Below are positions 9,398-17,254 of a DNA stretch of 64,000 bases, one piece after another. How positions within the stretch are numbered: the stretch's first letter is position 1; each line of letters opens with the position of its first letter. Made by a program: the position numbers and the translations under genes. Origin of the DNA: a phage; the sequence record PX969468.1. One strand, written 5' to 3'. Below the pieces are notes generated by a model. That model did not search any database. It had not been told where the DNA came from and saw only the letters and a list, made by a program, of their open reading frames with translations.

Positions 9398-9598
9398 TTA
9401 GAATACTGCCTCTTTTAATGATCCAAGGAGCAGCAGGTGTGAAATCTGATCCACATTCATGGTAGATTCAATCTCCTCTCCTTTGAAAGGTTCTCGGCAA
9501 AACAGTACTACATTCGGGTTTTCGCTACGCACTATATAATACAGATCGTTCAAATAATTCTCATAGTAGGTATTAAATTTAAGAATTTTGTCACTCAT
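9398..9598 (-). CDS. hypothetical protein
   Basis: Track ORF. Confidence 0.45.
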   Translation of the reverse strand: MSDKILKFNTYYENYLNDLYYIVRSENPNVVLFCREPFKGEEIESTMNVDQISHLLLLGSLKEAVF

Positions 9599-9882
9599 TT
9601 TCTACTCCTCTTCTTAGATTTTTGGGGAGAAACGCTTTCTGCAATACGAGACAAACGTTCTTCTGAAGCCTTGCCTATTCCAGGTTTTTTGAGTGGATTA
9701 TCTTTATGACCACAATCCAATTGGATATCGGATACCTCTCCAACCTTGTAAGTCAATTCTAGCAAAAGGTTGTCGTCCTTGTCAAATGTTTTTACGATAA
9801 ATTTTTTATCGTCCTCCTGAACCTCATATCGGGTACCTGCAGTATACAGCATGGTGCCATCAGTATAGGATATCCAGATCAT
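9595..9882 (-). CDS. hypothetical protein (basic C-terminus)
   Basis: Track ORF; overlapping stop/start. Confidence 0.45.
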   Translation of the reverse strand: MIWISYTDGTMLYTAGTRYEVQEDDKKFIVKTFDKDDNLLLELTYKVGEVSDIQLDCGHKDNPLKKPGIGKASEERLSRIAESVSPQKSKKRSRK

Positions 9883-10226
9883 TGAGCCTCCTTCTGCTGC
9901 AACAGCATTAACTCTTTGTTAGAGATCTTTACTGCTGTTTTTATTGTTCCATCTTCACGGAACCACGACCAGAACTCTACAGTGTCACCACTATCAAGCA
10001 AAGCATGCCCATGGTAAAAATCCTTGTCCTTAGACAGTTTCTCATCTATATCTGCATCAACACATTCGTGATCCATAGCATTTTGCCTGAATGCATCGGT
10101 TATGCCAATGCATGCCTTGCTCTCAAGACTGGTATATCCGATATCTTTTAATTCAGTTTCCCAAGTCCAGTATCCTACAAAAGCTACAACAGCTGCCCAC
10201 ATTAATACCGACTTAATCTTTGGCAT
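9879..10226 (-). CDS. hypothetical membrane-anchored protein
   Basis: N-terminal TM helix (VLMWAAVVAFVGYWTW). Confidence 0.45.
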   Translation of the reverse strand: MPKIKSVLMWAAVVAFVGYWTWETELKDIGYTSLESKACIGITDAFRQNAMDHECVDADIDEKLSKDKDFYHGHALLDSGDTVEFWSWFREDGTIKTAVKISNKELMLLQQKEAQ

Positions 10227-10286
10227 TCTCTCTACCTCTTTCTTAGTTTATTTAATCATGGCACATCCTTTGTGCCTTGTTGCACA

Positions 10287-10748
10287 CTACTTGAACAACA
10301 GTTCAAGATAGTGCAAAATTAACAGAAGTTGAATTACGCCTAGCACAACGGCGAGTATGTTAATCTTAGAATCAAAAAACTTCTTAACTTTTACCCTAAA
10401 AGGCTCTTTAATGTCCTTTACGATCCTATTTATAGATGATTTCATATCCCTGATTACCATCCTAAACATTAGAGACGGATCCTCCTTCTCTGTAACAGAA
10501 TCGAAAACATACTCTCTTCGGTCATAAGGCCCTCCAGATCTGCGTATTAACCTCTCCACAGAGACCTCGTACGACACACCTGTAACGTAATCATCTATGA
10601 CAAGTAGTGACGGGTCTTTATCATCCAAGGGTATCAAAGTTATCTTTCCAGATTTTGTTAAAATTTCTCCTTTTTCAAGCAAGGTGTACCAATGCTCTCT
10701 ACCAAGGTTGTTGAGGCACGTTTTTACATATTTAACAAACATCGTCAC
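10287..10748 (-). CDS. hypothetical protein with C-terminal TM helix
   Basis: Track ORF; hydrophobic C-terminus (ILAVVLGVIQLLLILHYL). Confidence 0.45.
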   Translation of the reverse strand: MTMFVKYVKTCLNNLGREHWYTLLEKGEILTKSGKITLIPLDDKDPSLLVIDDYVTGVSYEVSVERLIRRSGGPYDRREYVFDSVTEKEDPSLMFRMVIRDMKSSINRIVKDIKEPFRVKVKKFFDSKINILAVVLGVIQLLLILHYLELLFK

Positions 10749-10948
10749 CCCTCATCACACGTCTGATATAACCATTCTATGAAATCTTGATACCACTCTC
10801 CCTCTGAGCGCTCCGTAGGCCAATAATCTTCCCCCTCTCTTGCATTAAAATCTGAGTATTCGACTTTCCACTCCTTTACCAGCTCGTGGAGAAGGTTTTC
10901 AGCCTGTTCTAAGGATTTATTTTTTGTCATTACTGTCCCCTTTTTCAA
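10745..10948 (-). CDS. hypothetical protein
   Basis: Track ORF; start could be the internal MTKNK. Confidence 0.4.
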   Translation of the reverse strand: MKKGTVMTKNKSLEQAENLLHELVKEWKVEYSDFNAREGEDYWPTERSEGEWYQDFIEWLYQTCDEG

Positions 10949-11036
10949 GATAATTATACATTAGTGCCGCACCACCCAAAATGGCTACCAGCAGTAATAC
11001 TCCGGAGAGCATTTCAATAAACATGGCTTGAAACAT
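10917..11036 (-). CDS. small hydrophobic peptide (39 aa)
   Basis: ATG preceded by GAGGGG at 8 nt. MFQAMFIEMLSGVLLLVAILGGAALMYNYLEKGDSNDKK. Confidence 0.4.
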   Translation of the reverse strand: MFQAMFIEMLSGVLLLVAILGGAALMYNYLEKGDSNDKK

Positions 11037-11150
11037 TAGAAGGTCCCCTCTAATTTCACGCACCATTTTAAATACACACTCTTTTCCCATGAAGATACTG
11101 AACTAAGGTCTGTATAGAATGCAATCTCCCTAAGAACAGTATAAACAGTT

Positions 11151-11387
11151 TCAGTCACTGTTACCATTCTTATCTGCCTCCTTCATTTTTCTGACGGTTT
11201 TACAGTGATCTACCAAGCACATAACAACAATGAAGAGAACGACAGGCCAAAAAGGTGCGGCAGTGATTATAGTTATAAAGTCGTCAAACTTAATTTTTCT
11301 ACAAGATATGATGCAAAGAGTTGCTAAAACAACCATTGTCAGAAAGGTCAATGCGCAATACCAAACCAACACAGTATCTATGGCCAT
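11151..11387 (-). CDS. small membrane protein, two TM helices, charged C-terminus (holin-like topology)
   Basis: Hydrophobicity pattern only; not adjacent to the endolysin. Confidence 0.4.
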   Translation of the reverse strand: MAIDTVLVWYCALTFLTMVVLATLCIISCRKIKFDDFITIITAAPFWPVVLFIVVMCLVDHCKTVRKMKEADKNGNSD

Positions 11388-11388
11388 A

Positions 11389-11916
11389 TTACATCTCCTG
11401 GTTCAAACTGTTAAGAAAGGATACTCTGTCTTCGCTATTTTTCTCTGTGATATACCTTCCAAACATGGAAAGAATCACATGCTTCAAGTAATCTTTTTCT
11501 GGGTCGCTTAGATGATTGCGTGGCTTTATTTCCACATCATGGTAGTCATACAATCCACAATCATGATACCCCCAGTATCGACACACCTCAATACTGATCG
11601 GGAGTTTTTTGTCACACGAAACTTTCCAACGGGTTACGTTGTTACCAGGGGATAAATCCTCGCCCACCTTCACGAATGACAAATCGTAATTCATAAACTT
11701 TTCGTACAGTTTAAGTACAAAACCCTCTACCTGTGGAGAAACACCAGCCACTAGCTGGGCGTATCTATATTTACTTTCAATAATTTTTCGGCGCTTTGCT
11801 GTAAGGTTTATTGCAGCAATTTGACTCTCTGAGTATCTCCAAGGCTTATATATAAATGCTTTCGGGTCTTTATCGCCATAAAAATCTTTCCAATCAACCA
11901 GTAGCATACCTGTCAC
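11389..11916 (-). CDS. hypothetical protein
   Basis: Track ORF. Confidence 0.5.
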   Translation of the reverse strand: MTGMLLVDWKDFYGDKDPKAFIYKPWRYSESQIAAINLTAKRRKIIESKYRYAQLVAGVSPQVEGFVLKLYEKFMNYDLSFVKVGEDLSPGNNVTRWKVSCDKKLPISIEVCRYWGYHDCGLYDYHDVEIKPRNHLSDPEKDYLKHVILSMFGRYITEKNSEDRVSFLNSLNQEM

Positions 11917-12146
11917 TCCTCCACAACTTCAAGGCCTTTGCCGCCTCGTTCTGGTAGATTACTTAAAGACAGGTAATACGTATAGTCAGGAGAGATCCTG
12001 CCAGACTCTGCACCTGCAGATAGTAAATCTTTTCCCTTAACCATGACAACATTATCGTTTGCAGATAGTCGTTTTGCTTCCACAATTTTACCAACGCAGT
12101 CAACCAAGGAAGGGTACCCTAAATCTGTAAGAAATTTAACTTTCAT
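11913..12146 (-). CDS. hypothetical small protein (paralog family A)
   Basis: MKVKFLTDL...GKDLLSAG...GLEVVEE. Confidence 0.5.
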   Translation of the reverse strand: MKVKFLTDLGYPSLVDCVGKIVEAKRLSANDNVVMVKGKDLLSAGAESGRISPDYTYYLSLSNLPERGGKGLEVVEE

Positions 12147-12185
12147 GCTACCTCCTACTTCTACCGTCCCTGGTAAGATAAATTA

Positions 12186-12584
12186 TTACTGAACAGAGCG
12201 CGGAGCTGGGAAGGATAACTCTTCTAAAGAGAAGATTTCATTCCCCACAATCCATGTTGCAGGATCATCTGGGTTGACTGGATAGATAATCATCACCTCG
12301 TCAGTGTTACATACCCGCTTTTTACCTGTGGAGTCATCAGCGACCAGCATGCGCGGTTCTTCAGAAATGCACAGGTAGCCTCCTCGGCCCACTGTTCCTT
12401 CCACAGGATCTTGTCCTTTGATCACGATGATTATCTTCTCTCCTGAGGTGATATTACCTTGCACACTCACCGTTTGACCAACTTTAGATGTGCCGAACTT
12501 GGTGGTTTCAAACATTAAATCTCGAATTACTGTTGCATAGTCTCCAGACACTTTCTTACCTTCTTTAGTGATCTCAATCTTCAT
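12186..12584 (-). CDS. hypothetical protein
   Basis: Track ORF. Confidence 0.5.
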   Translation of the reverse strand: MKIEITKEGKKVSGDYATVIRDLMFETTKFGTSKVGQTVSVQGNITSGEKIIIVIKGQDPVEGTVGRGGYLCISEEPRMLVADDSTGKKRVCNTDEVMIIYPVNPDDPATWIVGNEIFSLEELSFPAPRSVQ

Positions 12585-12847
12585 ACACTGGGCTCCTTAA
12601 ATGAATCTATGTAATCAATTAAATCCCAAGCATCCCTATGACCTGTCAGAGGGTATACTTCTCCAAGAGGGATCATAGCAATAAGTCTATCAAAAACCCA
12701 ATCTGGACGCAACATTTTATGGTGATATTCCCACTCACCTTCTACAGATTTTTTCTGAGTAATCAGGATCTCTGTGTAGTGTTTCGCCTGTCTTGAGTAA
12801 ATTGAAAATGACTTGTACATAAATGACCCCCTTGTTGAGAACAACAA
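12581..12847 (-). CDS. hypothetical protein
   Basis: Track ORF. Confidence 0.45.
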   Translation of the reverse strand: MLFSTRGSFMYKSFSIYSRQAKHYTEILITQKKSVEGEWEYHHKMLRPDWVFDRLIAMIPLGEVYPLTGHRDAWDLIDYIDSFKEPSV

Positions 12848-12854
12848 TACATAA

Positions 12855-13139
12855 CTACCAGGTTACTGTCAAGTAGGCAACCGTGTTATTTTTCTCTGGA
12901 GAGATGCCAACAACATCTACCTGCAGACCTCCTGCCCTCAAATCCCCAACAATATGCGGGAAGTAATCTGAGAGATGTGAGGGTAGATTTATCGAAAATC
13001 CGCATCCCAGAAAGCCTGCTAACGCTTTATTTTGTATCTCCCCTACAATCGCATCATAAATGGAGTTAAGCTCGTCAGGGAGCGTTACAGGACGTTTTAG
13101 CGCTAACTGGTGCAACTTGTCCTTAGCACTCATTTTCAT
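12855..13139 (-). CDS. hypothetical protein
   Basis: Start moved to MKMSAKDK..., which overlaps the upstream stop as ATGA. Confidence 0.45.
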   Translation of the reverse strand: MKMSAKDKLHQLALKRPVTLPDELNSIYDAIVGEIQNKALAGFLGCGFSINLPSHLSDYFPHIVGDLRAGGLQVDVVGISPEKNNTVAYLTVTW

Positions 13140-13669
13140 TTCAAATCTACCTCTGGTGGTGCCAACCACATAAATGGCGGCAAGTCTAGACGGTTTTTCT
13201 TGTCCCATACAAAATATGCATATGCCTGCCCATCCGTTCTACCATTGGATTGGAATGACGGGCGCTTAGATATTGTGATCACAGTGGTAGGTGCATTATC
13301 AAGCCACCATTCAAATCTGGCCTTGCTTTCCAGAAAATTAAGACGCAAAAGCATAATAACTACGTCGGCATCTTTCAACGCCTTGTCCACAAACTCACGG
13401 GCCAGGCTGTACGGCGGGTTGGTGATAATACAGTCAACATGGTTGTATTCTGTATTCAGATAGTCAACACCTTCTTGGATTTCTCCCCATGCAGATCCTA
13501 ACGGCATACGGGAGTAGAACACACCTGAGGCACTATTCCTGCAAGGCTCTAAGTAGGTCCAGTCTTCTGGGAACGGAATAAGGTCATACAGCCCTTCTGC
13601 ACACCACTCCGGTGTCACATACTCATCGTAGGCGTTACGTTGTTCATCAGGTTTTCTAGCACAAGTCAT
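13136..13669 (-). CDS. DNA N6-adenine (or N4-cytosine) methyltransferase, small phage Dam-like
   Basis: ITNPPY catalytic motif (motif IV of amino-methyltransferases). Confidence 0.55.
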   Translation of the reverse strand: MTCARKPDEQRNAYDEYVTPEWCAEGLYDLIPFPEDWTYLEPCRNSASGVFYSRMPLGSAWGEIQEGVDYLNTEYNHVDCIITNPPYSLAREFVDKALKDADVVIMLLRLNFLESKARFEWWLDNAPTTVITISKRPSFQSNGRTDGQAYAYFVWDKKNRLDLPPFMWLAPPEVDLK

Positions 13670-13720
13670 GCAAATCTCCAGATCATAAAAGCCCTCCGAA
13701 GAGGGCTTTAGAATTAATGT

Positions 13721-14770
13721 TTAAGCTTCTTCGACAATTCCTGCACCCAGGATTTTTTCATTGAGCTCTTTTGCTGTTTTAATAATATTGTCCACCAGAC
13801 GCTTGCGCGTCTTATCTTTCACCTTAACCTCTTCACCGCCGTTCAGAGTAGTCTTCAATTGAGACAGAATATCCTGAAGTTCAACGACAGAGAATCTCTG
13901 CAGATCTTCTGAAGTAATCTCACCCAGGGCAATTCTGACGGTCTCGCCACTTTCCATCTGCAGATTCAGGAACACAGTGTGAACATCACCTTTCGAACCA
14001 CCCGCTTTTGCAGATTCAACAGCATGAACTAACTCATCTAAAGATGTGCACTGGTGAATCTCCGGAAGACCTGCTTCACCTAACACGCCTTCTTCATCAC
14101 CTTTTGCCAGAAGCTTTTTCGGTTTTTGTCCGTTCTGGATGCGTTGTATGTTGCCTTCATCCAGAATAATAGCTCCAGTGCGTGCTGCCAGCTCTTCTCC
14201 GTCCAACCACACTTCGCCACCAGCTGTGATGGATGCGATCTCATCTTCTGTCAGCACCCCACCGTAGTATTTTTCGATCAGGCGTTCAAAACGTTTTTTC
14301 CAGTAGCTGACCTGAGTATTCATGTTCACACCGTTACCATAAGTGCCACCTTGATAGTAGTGGAACATAAACTCTGTGTCCGGAGCCACAGTACGTTCTT
14401 TACAACCAAGCCATAAGATTGTTCCAGCAGAGCAGCACATCCCTTCAGCATGTGCAACAACGCTTGCCTGAGACTCGCGGAATGCCTGCAGATAAGCCAT
14501 TGCAATGTGCACGCAACCTCCAGGGCTATTGATGATCACCCGAATGCTTTCTTCCGGCTGAGCCATACGGATCGTCTGCAGACGAGACATATGATCTTGT
14601 AAGTCTTCCAAATCGTCGATATAAAGAACGTGGTCAACAACAGGTGTTGGGTAGCTGTATGTTTCCATAATACCACCCGGCATACCAAACATTTTATTAC
14701 TCATAGGTTCGAAACCGTTCTGTTTTTCTTTCATGCCGTGTACCATGGTGCTGCGAGGTGTTAAATTCAT
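13721..14770 (-). CDS. ClpP/S49-fold serine protease with charged coiled-coil C-terminal extension (possible prohead protease-scaffold type)
   Basis: INSPGGCVHIAMAYLQAF and GMCCSAGTILWLGC resemble ClpP/SppA motifs; the C-terminal third is charged and helical. Confidence 0.55.
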   Translation of the reverse strand: MNLTPRSTMVHGMKEKQNGFEPMSNKMFGMPGGIMETYSYPTPVVDHVLYIDDLEDLQDHMSRLQTIRMAQPEESIRVIINSPGGCVHIAMAYLQAFRESQASVVAHAEGMCCSAGTILWLGCKERTVAPDTEFMFHYYQGGTYGNGVNMNTQVSYWKKRFERLIEKYYGGVLTEDEIASITAGGEVWLDGEELAARTGAIILDEGNIQRIQNGQKPKKLLAKGDEEGVLGEAGLPEIHQCTSLDELVHAVESAKAGGSKGDVHTVFLNLQMESGETVRIALGEITSEDLQRFSVVELQDILSQLKTTLNGGEEVKVKDKTRKRLVDNIIKTAKELNEKILGAGIVEEA

Positions 14771-14830
14771 GAGAAATCCTTAATATTGGAAGTTGAAAGC
14801 TATTTATTTAAACCTGATTCACATTTACCT

Positions 14831-15142
14831 TTATTTAGCAATCACTAGGGAATACTTACGATTGTTAGAAGCATCACAGCTCAATGATTGCCAGTCTACC
14901 ACATACCACGTATCATTGTCAACAATTACTTTATCGCCTGTTCTGTAGCAGGTACTGCTTTCAATAATCCGAGACTCGATAAAGAATCTGTGTCGGCGCT
15001 CACGTAGCAACGCTAAGTTGATTATATCACCACCACTGTCCTTGATCCACACATTCTTGGATCCTTTATTTGCCAAAATTGTCTCGCCGTTGTAGACAAA
15101 CAGGCAGTATATTTTATTCAGTCTCTCTTGTATTGTAGCCAT
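14831..15142 (-). CDS. hypothetical protein
   Basis: Track ORF; AGGAGA upstream; downstream of promoter 15173..15201. Confidence 0.5.
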   Translation of the reverse strand: MATIQERLNKIYCLFVYNGETILANKGSKNVWIKDSGGDIINLALLRERRHRFFIESRIIESSTCYRTGDKVIVDNDTWYVVDWQSLSCDASNNRKYSLVIAK

Positions 15143-15172
15143 ACTATCTCCTTCTACTTGTCTTGTCCGATA

Positions 15173-15201
15173 ATAATATCTAAAGCTTACCTGTTTGTCA
15201 A
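15173..15201 (-). promoter_or_regulatory. sigma70-like promoter (TTGACA-17-TATTAT)
   Basis: Consensus hexamers at 17-bp spacing on the minus strand upstream of CDS 14831..15142. Confidence 0.5.
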
Positions 15202-15245
15202 CAACTGTTTTAGATATTTAAGGGTGGAATAACCACCCTTCTATA

Positions 15246-16034
15246 TTACTCGGAAACAGGGGTCCAAATATGATTTGCACGATCCTCGATAAGATTGAGT
15301 GCAATCTGACGACCCAACCCGGAACGAACGACATCATCTGGACTATCAAAGCTGATCATTCCAACCTCAGGATCTGGATGGCGAGTAAAGAAATCCGTCA
15401 CCCATGCAAGGCCAGATTTACCAGGGATGTCACGTTGGCTATTATCACCCATAATTACAAGAGTGGCTTGATCAGAGATCCTTGTGATAATTGACAACAT
15501 TTCTTCAGGGTTAGTTTGCTGTGCCTCGTCAATCAGGACAAAGCATCGCTCATCGAAACTACGACCACGAATGCTTTCAACTTCACAAATCTCTATACGA
15601 CTGTTCTGACCGTCTCCCAGCATTGCGGCAAAAGCACCTTTGCCAACACGGCGACAAATCGTGTCCATCATGCTTCGAAGATAGGGCCACAGTTTCTGCA
15701 TTGCATTTCCAGGTTTAAATCCTGAAGTCTTTCCTGTCTGAACGTAAGGGCGTGCAACAATGATCTTATCAATCTCGTTCTTACGCAGAAGATCACCTGC
15801 ATATGCAGATGCCATGAACGTCTTACCGGATCCAAACACACCGTTTACAATGATAATCTTACGCGACCCTAGATAATCAAGATACTTTTGCTGCTTTTTA
15901 TTCATTGGTCGGAGAGCTGGAGCGGTGTGCTCTCGTTCGTCAGCAAATTTTTCAGCAGCCTTACGCAGGCGATCAGATTTGCGAGCCTCTCTAGCTTCAT
16001 CACGCATGCGTTTTGTTTCTTTAGCTCGACCCAT
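15246..16034 (-). CDS. phoH: PhoH-like ATPase
   Basis: Walker A GVFGSGKTFMA, Walker B VLIDEAQ, and overall PhoH-like sequence. Confidence 0.75.
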   Translation of the reverse strand: MGRAKETKRMRDEAREARKSDRLRKAAEKFADEREHTAPALRPMNKKQQKYLDYLGSRKIIIVNGVFGSGKTFMASAYAGDLLRKNEIDKIIVARPYVQTGKTSGFKPGNAMQKLWPYLRSMMDTICRRVGKGAFAAMLGDGQNSRIEICEVESIRGRSFDERCFVLIDEAQQTNPEEMLSIITRISDQATLVIMGDNSQRDIPGKSGLAWVTDFFTRHPDPEVGMISFDSPDDVVRSGLGRQIALNLIEDRANHIWTPVSE

Positions 16035-16072
16035 GTTGGGACTCCTTTCAGATTGAGATGTGTCAAGTGCTT

Positions 16073-16423
16073 TTACTGCAATAGTTTTTCAATAGCCGCT
16101 TCCATACTGCTTGCAACAGCCTGAACTCGGATATTCATCTCTTCTTGGTGGATCAGCTCCTTAAGCTCTTTAATGGTAAATTCTTTAGAGAAACCTTCCA
16201 CCATAATCTTGTGTAAGGCTTCTTGCGTGTCTACCTGCAAGAACTTTTCCAGTTTGTTGGCAGAGGCTTCTAAATCAGCCCGAATGCGAGGGTCATCTGT
16301 GCGATTCAGCATTAGGCGTAAGCCATCAAGATTAGTAGAAATAGCGTCTGCATGTTGAGTAACTAACCGTGGCAAAATGAGATCTACAAACTTATTAGCC
16401 AAATCGATACGTTCTTGTGTCAC
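16073..16423 (-). CDS. hypothetical protein
   Basis: Track ORF; GTG start overlaps the stop of the upstream peptide gene. Confidence 0.45.
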   Translation of the reverse strand: MTQERIDLANKFVDLILPRLVTQHADAISTNLDGLRLMLNRTDDPRIRADLEASANKLEKFLQVDTQEALHKIMVEGFSKEFTIKELKELIHQEEMNIRVQAVASSMEAAIEKLLQ

Positions 16424-16533
16424 TGTTGCACCCCCTCTTCATCTTCATGATGTTTCTTTTCACGCTTGTGTTTTTTCTTAAGCTCAAGCGCAATCTCTTT
16501 CTTGTACGCCTTCTTCAAGGCTTTTTTAGCCAT
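16420..16533 (-). CDS. small Lys-rich basic peptide (37 aa)
   Basis: GGAGG RBS; MAKKALKKAYKKEIALELKKKHKREKKHHEDEEGVQQ. Confidence 0.45.
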   Translation of the reverse strand: MAKKALKKAYKKEIALELKKKHKREKKHHEDEEGVQQ

Positions 16534-16597
16534 TTGGCACCTCCTCTGCTTTCATTTTACGATAATTATACCTATCTAAACAAAGCTTTGTCAACAA

Positions 16598-17071
16598 CTA
16601 GTCTACCTGGACCCAACCGCCTGCTACTTTTTTAAACATTCTTTGGTTATCGCTACCTCGGAACGGTTTCTTGGTTGGTAAATCTTTTACATACTTACCG
16701 TCAATGATGATATCAGCCAGTTTAAGAACATCACTAGAGATATGGTCAAATGTGAACCCAGTATATACAAGAATAGTTTTCTTGTCACCAAATTTTTCCT
16801 TAATTTTCTCCATCAGGCTAATAATATCTGGCTCATTATAGTATGCTAAGGGTTCTCCACCCAGCAGAGAGATACCGCACACAGACGGGTTATCTAAATC
16901 TGACAAGATTTTTTGCAAGTCTTCTTCAGTGAACTCTCTTCCCTTATCTTTTGACCAAAATGCCTGATTAAAGCAACCAGGGCAAGCGTGTGGGCACCCA
17001 GATACCCACAAGGCAGTTCTAATACCTGGCCCTTCGGTATAAGATATTTCTGTGTATCCGGCAATGTTCAT
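16598..17071 (-). CDS. nrdG: anaerobic ribonucleotide reductase activating protein (radical SAM)
   Basis: CxxxCxxC-type cluster (GCPHACPGC), GGEPL motif, NrdG size, adjacent to nrdD. Confidence 0.8.
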   Translation of the reverse strand: MNIAGYTEISYTEGPGIRTALWVSGCPHACPGCFNQAFWSKDKGREFTEEDLQKILSDLDNPSVCGISLLGGEPLAYYNEPDIISLMEKIKEKFGDKKTILVYTGFTFDHISSDVLKLADIIIDGKYVKDLPTKKPFRGSDNQRMFKKVAGGWVQVD

Positions 17072-17193
17072 AGATACTCCGCATCACATTCAGGACAATG
17101 CCAAATAAAATCATCAAGTGCCTTGCACCAACGAAGATTGCACTTACAACCGCAGTGTTTACAAATTTTTACTTTAAAGCCACCAGATGACAT
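17068..17193 (-). CDS. small Cys-rich zinc-ribbon-like protein (41 aa)
   Basis: AAGGAG RBS at 5 nt; seven Cys (CKHCGCKC...C...CPEC); stop overlaps the nrdG start. Confidence 0.5.
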   Translation of the reverse strand: MSSGGFKVKICKHCGCKCNLRWCKALDDFIWHCPECDAEYL

Positions 17194-17254
17194 AACAACT
17201 CCTTAATTTACAACGGACTGAAGGGCTAGAATAAAGCTGGCCCTTTGTGTGTTA

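Noticed and set aside
14126-14416. Plus-strand ORF inside the ClpP-like gene
   Set aside because: Antisense to a well-supported gene; no RBS. The same reasoning applies to other plus-strand track ORFs within 1.2-41.2 kb, for example 26098..26517 and 36525..37106.
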